DNA from: an uncultured virus (IMG/VR IMGVR_UViG_3300033487_000001)
Lineage: Duplodnaviria; Heunggongvirae; Uroviricota; Caudoviricetes
Virus record (IMG/VR): IMGVR_UViG_3300033487_000001
Length of the DNA stretch: 64,000 nt
Direction: 5' to 3' (one strand)
Shown here piece after piece: positions 12,101 through 19,543 of this stretch (its first letter is position 1; each line of letters begins with the position of its first letter). The notes under the pieces were generated by a model that was not told where the DNA came from, made no database searches, and worked only from the letters and a program-made list of their open reading frames with translations. Made by a program: the position numbers and the translations under genes.

Positions 12101-12670
12101 CGGCGTGATCTCGATCATCATGGTCAGCGGCTGGATCGTGTGCAGACCGCCGGTCGTGAACCAGCGACCGGCCTGCGCGTAGAGCGAGCTCTTTCCCCAG
12201 AGCTCGTCCATCTCTGCGCGCATCTCGGGCGTCCACTTCAGCTTGTCTTTGGAGCCGGGTGCCTTGGGGTTGTCGTAGTCCGACAGGAGCACGGTCGCGT
12301 ACAGGCGGAAGCCGAGGCTGTTGACCCAGCTCAGTCCGCCTTTGTTGATCCGCGGCATGTTCCGCCAGATCTGCCCGTCTGGACCCACGAGGACGTACCC
12401 CACGACGTGGGCGTCGAACGGGTACTGACGGGCCAGCGCGTCATGCACCGTGGCTACGATGCCGTCGGACTTCACGCACGCGGTGTTGGTGTGCTCCCTG
12501 GCGCGGCACCGCCAGTCGTAGGTCGCCGGCGCGTTGAGCCAGCTGCAGGGTGTGCCGGGCGCCTCGACACCCACCTGCACGCGCTTCCGCAGCACGGTGA
12601 CGACGGGCTCGGGTTGACTGTCTGGGATGAGCGGGATAAGATCCCTTAGTAGACTTTGGTCGTCCGCCAC
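9152..12670 (-). CDS. Replication protein: N-terminal AEP/RepB-like primase region, divergent SF2 helicase-like region, C-terminal XRE-type HTH
   Basis: 'FTTGGLHTIQPL' and 'DERCNDWTRYIRAPHV' (primase-like); 'VTCGGGKS' (Walker A), 'IALDE' (Walker B), 'ILDAS', 'EQVHGRGR' (motif VI-like); C-terminal 'GTQAELARRLGGVSREAVRMWMNGMRVPS'. Confidence 0.7.
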   Translation of the reverse strand: MADDQSLLRDLIPLIPDSQPEPVVTVLRKRVQVGVEAPGTPCSWLNAPATYDWRCRAREHTNTACVKSDGIVATVHDALARQYPFDAHVVGYVLVGPDGQIWRNMPRINKGGLSWVNSLGFRLYATVLLSDYDNPKAPGSKDKLKWTPEMRAEMDELWGKSSLYAQAGRWFTTGGLHTIQPLTMMIEITPLAPGESITLVEKIIALRIWEAWREGIRVDERCNDWTRYIRAPHVIREDKDKPKYSTYAPGVLDTSRMAPVDPRPLVERVSEWVGFSRKDIQEHLVEGVKLGDILSRRMRVKPAKPTQSPKPPAERKAKDAALPAMDEADGEATASPEATAYTSDDVIDYDFDAEPPKEWAWWIEEVGAYIQRHPSGNRHYFYRDLSGALLHGPAKDGRLGPLAIPAVIEALARREGANDPAHHRTTAEDTLRRCVNDSLISGMPVFEKSFGSLARYVAFSLERGKHADDQSKMLSADAAYQQMKNLFNYGVEPGVLGCEVTCGGGKSQAFLDAAAEKAEEARRLVAASGAGSRPKIGKYKSAIGTNSNALAIQHYEALRAKGVSVARVFSPVSVPGPHEGLECHYGDYAKELANAGMSVPYELCNGRNTHPCPHRDTCAAYGGREGDENPIVMVGTQWMLSKLVGHVGKHGVIALDEMRSVVDHEELTHAQLSEVVDQNVTTKRYGATMGALAHALALALPTEPETPADAPRDLLDMVRTGAPRLPTMTLMNAANHAGLDPDEYAGEPAMLVIDAARLAFEPKNEANAPTPTHANTSCPVRERVMMMAEHHQPTRERIISVSKTFNTLWKLLEQTPDVRVNTDGTPVAGVPVCWVRRDEATGEGSRLATTRVYPPLFNLLRSSTQSRLVILDASMESHKPVIEALTPAVRYETFDVADGAEVRRSIVLVKASRKAMRDEHGQWVASKVAERLKYAIKILERTPWARVAGLATYKPLAMLLRHALGEAVAGPDLDQACLDPIAREAFCAEIRKTLKSWPGEWRIGHYGAMRGLNHWKEVDATVTLGDDRPNVDAVARIAAYVGTDAEKMSAAHTRAEGEQVHGRGRAPRRTRPLIEIHVGEHLPGGAHWKLRSVEVFGPQDFGVVTAGTRQESMALVESAVAAVGGTQAELARRLGGVSREAVRMWMNGMRVPSEENTSKLLEIVTKFAKKTP

Positions 12671-12690
12671 AGTCTGTCCTTCGTGCAGGT

Positions 12691-12729
12691 AGGGGCCGTA
12701 GCGTCTGGTCGCGCTACGGCCCCTTTTTT
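12691..12729 (+). terminator. Intrinsic-terminator-like hairpin with its U-tract on the + (antisense) strand
   Basis: AGGGGCCGTAGCG (12691-12703) / CGCTACGGCCCCT (12712-12724) followed by a T run. Confidence 0.6.
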
Positions 12730-13018
12730 ATTCGAGCCAGCCGTGTTCGTCGAGTCGTATGCCAGTGATACGACTCAGTGCGTCTCGCTGTTGGACAAGC
12801 GAGTTCAGGGTGTCGCGCATCGCATCCAGCCGATCGAATAGCCCACGCTCGGCGCAGGTGCCCATGGCGTCGTGGACCAGCCTCAGCATCCGCCGCATCC
12901 GACGGACGTCACGGCAGCGACGATCTTCGTCGATCGAAGACCAGTCGTCCAGCGCGGACAGCATCTTGTCGGTGTGGGTGACGAACGCGTCGGCGAACAG
13001 CTGCGTGGACAGGTCCAT
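12728..13018 (-). CDS. Hypothetical protein
   Basis: 96-aa helical ORF in the co-oriented gene chain. Confidence 0.6.
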   Translation of the reverse strand: MDLSTQLFADAFVTHTDKMLSALDDWSSIDEDRRCRDVRRMRRMLRLVHDAMGTCAERGLFDRLDAMRDTLNSLVQQRDALSRITGIRLDEHGWLE

Positions 13019-13046
13019 GGGTTCTGATCGACTTGGACCGATGCGG

Positions 13047-13364
13047 CTAGGCCTTGTTTTTGATCATCTGGCCCATGAGGGCCTCGCATTCGGAGGCCGT
13101 CTCGGTGGCCACGTTCTCGATCTCGTCGATTATCGACTCGGCGAACGTGCCCGCGACGTATTCTGCCATTTCGGACAATCCGGCGCCCTCGGCGATTTCT
13201 GTCGGCGCCCGCTCGTCGACGATGCGCGCGATGGCGCTCACGAGGTAGATAGCGTGTTGACAGCTTATGCCGGCGCATAAGTCGCGCGCTTGTGTCGCGG
13301 CCAGCTCGTTGAGTTGATTGTTGAGTTCGATGAATTGCTTGAGTTGCTGTTCCTCGTCCTTCAC
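13047..13364 (-). CDS. Hypothetical protein, paralog of 13361-13660
   Basis: 'QARDLCAGISCQHAIYLVSAIARIVDERAP'. Confidence 0.7.
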   Translation of the reverse strand: MKDEEQQLKQFIELNNQLNELAATQARDLCAGISCQHAIYLVSAIARIVDERAPTEIAEGAGLSEMAEYVAGTFAESIIDEIENVATETASECEALMGQMIKNKA

Positions 13365-13660
13365 GGCGCTTCCTTTTTCGCGTCGTTTTTGGACGACGTT
13401 CCCGTGTCTGTTACCATCGCGGCTACCGACTCATACGTGCCGTTGACTATGCACCTGGCGGCGACGCCAGCCACGAACTCCATCGCCTCCGGATGGCCTA
13501 TGTCAGCGGGCCGCTCGCGCGGGGCCTTCTGGATCACGATGTTCACAATCGCTCCAACCAGATACATCGCACGCAGACAACTGATGTGCGCGCACAGCTC
13601 GCTTGCCTGCTGTTCTGCTTCCGCGGTTAACCGTTGATCGTCCGGAGAGTTTTGCCACAT
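13361..13660 (-). CDS. Hypothetical protein, paralog of 13047-13364
   Basis: 'QASELCAHISCLRAMYLVGAIVNIVIQKAP'. Confidence 0.7.
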   Translation of the reverse strand: MWQNSPDDQRLTAEAEQQASELCAHISCLRAMYLVGAIVNIVIQKAPRERPADIGHPEAMEFVAGVAARCIVNGTYESVAAMVTDTGTSSKNDAKKEAP

Positions 13661-13736
13661 ACCATGCTCCTTCGCTTGGCTCGTTCGATTCGCCGCCGAG
13701 CCCGCACCTGATTGTTCGCCTCACGGCGAGTCGTCG

Positions 13737-16198
13737 CTACGGAACGTCACGCACGCGGGCGTCGCCGACCAGGCCGCCGTCTTTCTTGTACTCGTGCGGC
13801 TCAAGCTTACGCAGGACATTCGCCCGCACCGTCATAAGCACGCCGGCGCCGCGTTCGGCCAGCGGCCTGGTCCCGTACGGGAAGCAGATCTCGACGCCCG
13901 GACGGTGGCTGTTTGTGAACAGGAATTCGTTCCCCTCGGCGTCGTACCAAGTCCAATAGTCTCCGCTCGCGTCTTCGACCAACTCGACGGCGTACACCTC
14001 GCGGTCCGTCGAACACGTCGACGTGAGCCACGCGTTCGGGTAGAAGCCGTACAGCACTCCAGCGTGTTTGTACGCGAAGAGCCGCTGCGTCTTCATGTTT
14101 CCTCTTCTGCGGCGGCTCTCTCCGGCGCCTCCACACGCGCCTCCGACGGCTGCTTCTGGGTCAGCCGCGCGATCTTCTCGCGGGCGATCGACGCCTCTTC
14201 TTCGTGCATGGCGAGCCGCATCGCCGTCGCGATGCGACGAGCCTCCGCGGCGTCCGGAATCGCCGGCACCTCGTCCACCTCGCACACCAGCACCAGGATC
14301 AGGCTGGCGATACGCACCGCGTCGAGCGGCAGCATGTCGAACGCCGCGTCGACCGCGCGGTTCTCCAGCTCGTCGTGACCGTCGTTGTCTAGGCGGATCA
14401 TCCGGTCAGCTCCGTCGCCGTCGCTCCAAGCAGCGACTCCGCGGCCGTCACCGTCTTTTCTGCCTTTTCCTTGGCCTCATCCGCGTTCCTAGCCTGCCTC
14501 CGAAACATCTCTCGGTATGCGGAGATTGCCTCGTCGACCAACCGGTCGACGTCGTCCCCATCGTGAATCAAGTATGACGTGTTAAGCGAGAATTGTTCAC
14601 CCGTATCGGTCTGGGTGAGGCAGATCTCGATGCGGCAATTATTCGACTTGGTATCTAGACACCCCAGGCGCAGCAGCGTCTTCAGTTTCACCAGCATCTG
14701 GTCCATGGTCGTGTCCTTTCGCGTGAGGTTCCGTCAGTTGTTGTCTGAAGCGTGCCCCTCCCACGCCGCGCGGTCCACCGTGAGCACGTACACCTCGTCC
14801 TGGACCAAGCAGATCAACAGCGTCTCGTTGGCCGAGATCTCTTCGAGCGCCGCGGTCACAGCGTCGCTGTCGTGGTCCAGCTGCTCCAGCAGGTCGAGCG
14901 CCACCTCTGGTGACCCGGTGAACACGGTCGGTTTGCCGTCAGGATCTCCTTCGGCGTAGCTCAGAGCCAGAGGAATGTAGTCCGGCGACGACTGGTCTAC
15001 GGCGAGGATCACGTGGCAGTCGCCTCGTACACCGCAGCAGGGTGTGTCGGAGGCGATCTCCGAGATCGCGGCGGCGATCATGTCGACGAGGGCTCGACAG
15101 CGTATGTCTTCGTCGGGCGTGTTGTCGGCGAGCATGTCCATGAACGCCTGCATGATTCGGTCGTCGTCGGCCATTCTTCTGTTGTACGCGGGTTCAGTCA
15201 TGGGCGCTAGGCGTCTCCGTTTACGGACGTGGTCGTTACTCCAGCAGGGCGAAGCGATAGGCGCGTGGTTTAGCGGATAGCCCGCATCGTCCCAGCATCG
15301 ACTCGAACACGCTGGTCACGGTCGGGCATGGAGCTTCGAGCGCGGCACTGGCTGGGAAATTACAAAAGCTCACGGCCTGCGCGAACGTGACAACCGATGC
15401 GTCTTGACACGACGCGACTAGTACGGCGTAGGCAGCACGAACACGGATGCGATGCGGGTCGCCTGGGTTCGGAGACACTCGGTACGCCGGCGCCGTTGAG
15501 TCATTTGCTCCAGGCGGAGACAGGATCGTCTCCGCCGGCGCGTACACTTCGGTGACGCCGTCAGGCATGAGGTATGTACCCGGCATCAAGAGGATCGATG
15601 CCGGTTGCGCGTCCGCTGCCGACATCGTCCGGGCGTACGCTATCGCTCCGTTGATCGTCGTGTGCAGCGCCGCGGACATGATAGAGTCGGCGATTCGCGG
15701 CGCGTCTGTCCATGGCATGCTGCCCGCCAGCATGGCGTCAATCGCATGACACGCCGCATCGATCGGCGCATGCAGGTCTGCCGGATACGAACGCTTCATC
15801 TGCGACAGTACGGCGCGCGCAAACGAGGTCCGGTTCGCCTCGAACAGCACTGCCGCCCGCATCTGGTCGTCGGCCGTTTCCCACCAGCGAAGCATCTCGG
15901 TCTGCATCGCGCGCTCTTCGACGCTGCTGCAGAGCAGTCGTCGCAGCGACTCCAAGCAGAACGCGCCGCGGTCGGGTGAAGGCCAAGCAGCTGCGTGCTC
16001 GCGCAATCCCATCTGCCGGAGCAGCTGCTTGAGGCCTGGTCTGGCGGCGTACGGGCGTGCGAGTATCCGCGCTACGCGACGGTCTTCCCGCACATCCATG
16101 GCAACAAAAGCAGCCTCGCACGCAGCCAGAACTAGCCTTCGCACGAGTGCGGTGGTGGGTTCTAGGGCGCATTCGGAGGCGCTCATTGTGGCGTCCAC
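13737..16198 (-). other. Five hypothetical genes (13737-14096, 14093-14401, 14398-14706, 14734-15201, 15236-16198)
   Basis: Consecutive co-oriented ORFs, some with ATGA overlaps; no recognisable motifs. Confidence 0.6.
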
Positions 16199-17037
16199 AG
16201 CTTCGCCAACTGATCGATCGCGCGTTTCGCCATCTCAAAAAACTCCTTGTCGCGTTCGATGCCGTGTGACTTGTAGCCGCACGCCTCCGCCGCCGCGATC
16301 GTCGAGCCGCTGCCCATGAACGGGTCCACGACGATGCCACGTCCCAGCGGCAACGACGCGCGGACGATCTGGCGCATGAACGCCTGCGGCTTGAGCGACG
16401 GGTGCGGCGCGATGACGCGCTCGATCTTGCCTGCAGGCTTCGACCTGATGACGTCCGTGAACGGACGCGCGAACGATTCGCGTCGCAGCGCGCCCGCGTG
16501 CCACACGCGCAGGTTCTGCGCCACGGTCGCCCCAGGGACCAGCGGCTTTCGAAAGACCCCCCACGGCTCCCACGCCGATCGAGGCATCACCGTCACGTCC
16601 GAGAATTCTTGCTCTGCCCCCTTGGGGCGATCGCCGCCGCGCAGGGTCTGGACCAGACGAACGACCTCGCCGCGCTTCTCGAACCCGCGCGACATCATGG
16701 CCCCGTAGACCAAGTGCGACACGATCGGGTTCGTTGCGACAAAGACGTGCCCTCCGGGCACCAAGGCGTGGATCGCCGCATCGGCGAAACGGGTGAACAT
16801 CAGCGTCATGTCGCCACGGTCTGAGTCGGACATGTCGGTAAACCTAGGCGTTGGAGCACGAACCACGCCACCAAGCGCCTGAGGCTGGCGCCACGCCCCG
16901 CCCCTCCCGGCACGCAGTTTATCGAGCTGATCGCTGGAGAATTCGCGCCCGTACGGTGGATCGGTCACGATCGCATGGATGGACGACGACATTTGGCGCA
17001 GCCATTCGATGCCGTCGGCGTGGTCGATTTTGTACAT
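16183..17037 (-). CDS. DNA amino-methyltransferase (N6-adenine/N4-cytosine, beta class)
   Basis: 'IVTDPPYG' (motif IV) precedes 'HPSLKP' and 'VVDPFMGSGST' (motif I); start at MYKIDHADG, since the ORF-track extension runs through the tRNA. Confidence 0.9.
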   Translation of the reverse strand: MYKIDHADGIEWLRQMSSSIHAIVTDPPYGREFSSDQLDKLRAGRGGAWRQPQALGGVVRAPTPRFTDMSDSDRGDMTLMFTRFADAAIHALVPGGHVFVATNPIVSHLVYGAMMSRGFEKRGEVVRLVQTLRGGDRPKGAEQEFSDVTVMPRSAWEPWGVFRKPLVPGATVAQNLRVWHAGALRRESFARPFTDVIRSKPAGKIERVIAPHPSLKPQAFMRQIVRASLPLGRGIVVDPFMGSGSTIAAAEACGYKSHGIERDKEFFEMAKRAIDQLAKLWTPQ

Positions 17038-17041
17038 GGGA

Positions 17042-17112
17042 CGACTCCGGCCGGATTCGAACCGGCGTAGACCGAGTTGAAAACGGTTGCTCTGCCACTG
17101 AGCGACGGAGTC
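17042..17112 (-). tRNA. tRNA with anticodon UCA (opal/UGA-decoding, probably Trp-like suppressor); CCA not encoded
   Basis: GACTCCG TC GCTC AGTGGCA GAGC A ACCGT TT-TCA-AC TCGGT CTAC GCCGG TTCGAAT CCGGC CGGAGTC G: 7-bp acceptor, 4-bp D stem, U33/A37, U31:U39 mismatch, 4-nt variable loop, canonical T loop, G73. Confidence 0.85.
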
Positions 17113-17161
17113 GAATGGGAGGCTATTCAGGCGGGATAGAAGAATTCGCTGGCCGGCTGAT

Positions 17162-17668
17162 TCAGAGGCGTTTGCCGCCGTGCCGATAGGGTCTGGTCTC
17201 GTTGTACGCCATTTTGCGGCGTACCTCGTCAGAGATGTCGATGCCCAGGCTGACGCCCAGGTCCAAAGCTCGGATGATGATGTCGGCCAACTCCGAGCCG
17301 AATCCCTCTGGCTTAAGGGACGCGTGGCTATCGTTGAACGCGTCGTACTCCACGAGCTCACCGCCTGGAGTCTTCACGTACGGTTTCTTGACGCTGAGAT
17401 TCGGATCCCGCAGTACCTCTAGCGCCTCCGAGGCCTCGGTGACGATCAGCATCAGTTTTGCCGCTGCATCGACGCCATCGGCCGCCTCGACTCGCCGGAC
17501 GAACTCCGCGTGCATCTTGTCGCGCAGATCCACTGGCAGGTCGTCTGGTTTGAACTTAGCAATCTCCCTCGCCAGAATGGCGTCGTCGTGCCAGCCGTGC
17601 TCCCACGAGTTCGAGTAGCACGACTCGGCGATGCTGCACAGTGCGTCGAATTCTTCGTGCAGGGTCAT
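17162..17668 (-). CDS. mazG: MazG-like nucleotide pyrophosphohydrolase
   Basis: 'KLMLIVTEASEALEVLR...KPEGFGSELADIIIRALDL...RKMAYNETRPYRHGGK' (ExxE...ELAD). Confidence 0.88.
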   Translation of the reverse strand: MTLHEEFDALCSIAESCYSNSWEHGWHDDAILAREIAKFKPDDLPVDLRDKMHAEFVRRVEAADGVDAAAKLMLIVTEASEALEVLRDPNLSVKKPYVKTPGGELVEYDAFNDSHASLKPEGFGSELADIIIRALDLGVSLGIDISDEVRRKMAYNETRPYRHGGKRL

Positions 17669-17943
17669 GTTTTGTCTCTCTCCTTGATCAGCTTCTGCCG
17701 TGCGTTGTCCTGGTCCCGCCACTCGCCCACGGACCGCAGCGAGCCCACGCGTGTGTCTCCGCTCTTGATGCGGTCGACAAAATCCTCCAGCCTGTCCGTT
17801 TGAGGTGACGCCGTGTTGCTGCGGATGTATTCCTCGGCATGCTCCACGAACCTGATCTCCGCCTCGCGCTTGCCGATCATCCATTCGAATCCTGTCGGCG
17901 GCATCGCGCCGAGCCCTCTGGTCGCACCTTTCCGATCGCTCAC
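17665..17943 (-). CDS. Hypothetical protein
   Basis: GTG start directly after, and in frame with, the TGA stop of the Pth2-like gene; ATGA overlap with mazG. Confidence 0.6.
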   Translation of the reverse strand: MSDRKGATRGLGAMPPTGFEWMIGKREAEIRFVEHAEEYIRSNTASPQTDRLEDFVDRIKSGDTRVGSLRSVGEWRDQDNARQKLIKERDKT

Positions 17944-18309
17944 TCAGCTCTCCTTTGCGTCTTGGTTATGTTCTGCAAAAGCTAAGCTCAATCCAGAACA
18001 GACCGATCCGGCCCGTACACTTGGGCACAACGCGATCGCGCCGAGCCTAGGAGTCAGGTCGTCATCGAAGAACGCTTCGAACCCACCGGCCTCCAGGAAT
18101 GAACGATTAGCGACGGTCAGCAGTTCATCGGTGTCACGCACCGACAGTATCACCACGACGCCGCATTGCTCTTCCCATCGCAGGGCATCCTGTGGATGCC
18201 GCATCGTCCAGGTCTGGGCCGCGTGCACAGCCTGCGCGGCTTGCGCGCCCGGCGACAAGTCACCGCGCACGACAATGTACATCTTCTGTGTCGGGTCGAA
18301 GTTATGCAT
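17944..18309 (-). CDS. Peptidyl-tRNA hydrolase, Pth2-like
   Basis: 'KMYIVVRGDLSPGAQAAQAVHAA...W...VVVILSV...FFDDDL...AIALCP' matches the Pth2 family pattern. Confidence 0.85.
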   Translation of the reverse strand: MHNFDPTQKMYIVVRGDLSPGAQAAQAVHAAQTWTMRHPQDALRWEEQCGVVVILSVRDTDELLTVANRSFLEAGGFEAFFDDDLTPRLGAIALCPSVRAGSVCSGLSLAFAEHNQDAKES

Positions 18310-18871
18310 CCTTCATCTCGTCTCGCGCTCGAAGCTGGCGCGCGGCCTCGGCGCATCCGGTGGCGGTTTTGATGTTCATGCGATTCAGCAGACCTTCTCG
18401 CCTGGAGCGCTCGTCCGCCTGTCGGCGCACGCGGACTTGGTCGATCCAAGCCAGACGCGCCAGTTCGCGCGCCGCGATTCGTTCCTGCGTCTCCGGAACG
18501 CTCAGCCACGCCTCGACGCGACGCCGCGTCTCCATCAACTCCGGCATAGACATCCCTTTGTAGATGTTGCCGTATGAAGACGTGTCGAACGCGACACCCT
18601 GCTCGACGCACATCACAATCGCTCCGATGTATGTCATCCACGGCGGCTCCTGCGACGCCGGCTCCGCCACGCGATACGGCACACCTCGCAGGAACGCGTA
18701 CGCGAGCATCAGCGCTCGCGTCGTGGGCGCCATTCGGCGTTGCCGGACGCAGGCGGCATGCCGCTCCTCGCCCGACAGTTTCTGGTTGGACTGCTCGACA
18801 GTGAGCGCGTGTGACGCAGCCGCCAGCTCGGCGATGCGAGCGCGAATCGATTGCAACTCTGACTTTTTCAT
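18302..18871 (-). CDS. Hypothetical protein immediately upstream of the Pth2-like gene
   Basis: Strong SD (CGGAGG); contains the motif 'RALMLAYAFLRGVPYRVAE'. Confidence 0.75.
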   Translation of the reverse strand: MKKSELQSIRARIAELAAASHALTVEQSNQKLSGEERHAACVRQRRMAPTTRALMLAYAFLRGVPYRVAEPASQEPPWMTYIGAIVMCVEQGVAFDTSSYGNIYKGMSMPELMETRRRVEAWLSVPETQERIAARELARLAWIDQVRVRRQADERSRREGLLNRMNIKTATGCAEAARQLRARDEMKDA

Positions 18872-18877
18872 GACTTT

Positions 18878-18964
18878 CCTCCGGTTACGAGTACAGACGA
18901 ATGGATTCTGTATCGATCAAGACGGAGGTCCGCGGACGCGAATTCAAAGATGCAGCGAGATCAT
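18878..18964 (-). promoter_or_regulatory. Candidate leader ORF MISLHL*IRVRGPPS* (18917-18964) with an SD-sequestering hairpin (18878-18928)
   Basis: ATG ATC TCG CTG CAT CTT TGA ATT CGC GTC CGC GGA CCT CCG TCT TGA; CCTCCG pairs with the downstream SD CGGAGG; inner stem CGA-TACAGA / TCTGTA-c-TCG. Confidence 0.6.
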
Positions 18965-19543
18965 TCAGGGAGAATGACACCGAATGCGCTCGCCGACAAG
19001 CGGGTCAACGAGCGCGTAGAACCTGTCCATCCATTCGTCTGCGGCATACTCCGCGCTCCAAGCCACGATCTGCTTGGGCATTGGATCCGGCATCGGGAAC
19101 CACTCCTCCGGAGACGGCCCCATCAGGTCTCGCTTCTCGGTGGCTAGAAGCGTCAGATCGACACGGTGGACTTCCGCGTGCAGGTGCGCGTCCTTCGGCA
19201 GGCCACACCACTCGTTGATCACGTTCTGCAGCACGTCGCAGGCCGCGACGTACCCCGCCATGCACGGATGGCGCTTGATGGGCGAGGGAATATCTTTGAA
19301 GATAAATTCGTGGGCGTCGTGCATGAGGGCCGCGAGCTTGTGCTCTGGCGCGGCGATGCGCGAACACAGCACGCTGTGTTGGGCGACCGTATACGTCTGC
19401 ACGCCTAGCGTCTGCTGCGCGAATCGCGTCTCGCGCAAACCCATGGCGATGTCGAGGAGACTGAGCATCTCTGCGCGAGGCTCCCACGCGTGGAACTTCA
19501 CGCCGGAGTAGGTCTGGGACCAGAGCTTGGCGATGTCGGTCAC
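18965..19543 (-). CDS. HD-domain phosphohydrolase (YfbR/YfdR-like 5'-deoxynucleotidase)
   Basis: 'QTYSG', 'YTVAQHSV', 'AALMHDAHE..KDIPSPIK', 'DLTLLATEKRDLM'. Confidence 0.88.
   Translation of the reverse strand: MTDIAKLWSQTYSGVKFHAWEPRAEMLSLLDIAMGLRETRFAQQTLGVQTYTVAQHSVLCSRIAAPEHKLAALMHDAHEFIFKDIPSPIKRHPCMAGYVAACDVLQNVINEWCGLPKDAHLHAEVHRVDLTLLATEKRDLMGPSPEEWFPMPDPMPKQIVAWSAEYAADEWMDRFYALVDPLVGERIRCHSP

Noticed and set aside
197..12649. Long Arg/Ala/Pro-rich ORFs such as 197-1243, 5238-6662, 9428-10963 and 11273-12649
   Set aside because: Antisense or alternative-frame shadows of real genes in high-GC DNA, with no motifs
17042..17112. Selenocysteine tRNA, or tRNA-Glu(UUC) in a shifted register
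   Set aside because: The 4-nt variable loop and 7-bp acceptor stem exclude Sec; the UUC register breaks anticodon-stem pairing, whereas ACCG/CGGT centres UCA
17038..17361. N-terminal extension of the methyltransferase given in the ORF track
   Set aside because: It runs through the tRNA and overlaps mazG; MTase-like sequence starts at the ATG at 17037
17162..19543. 2-aminoadenine (Z-genome) pathway inferred from MazG plus HD
   Set aside because: No PurZ-like gene in the window, and both families are common in phages
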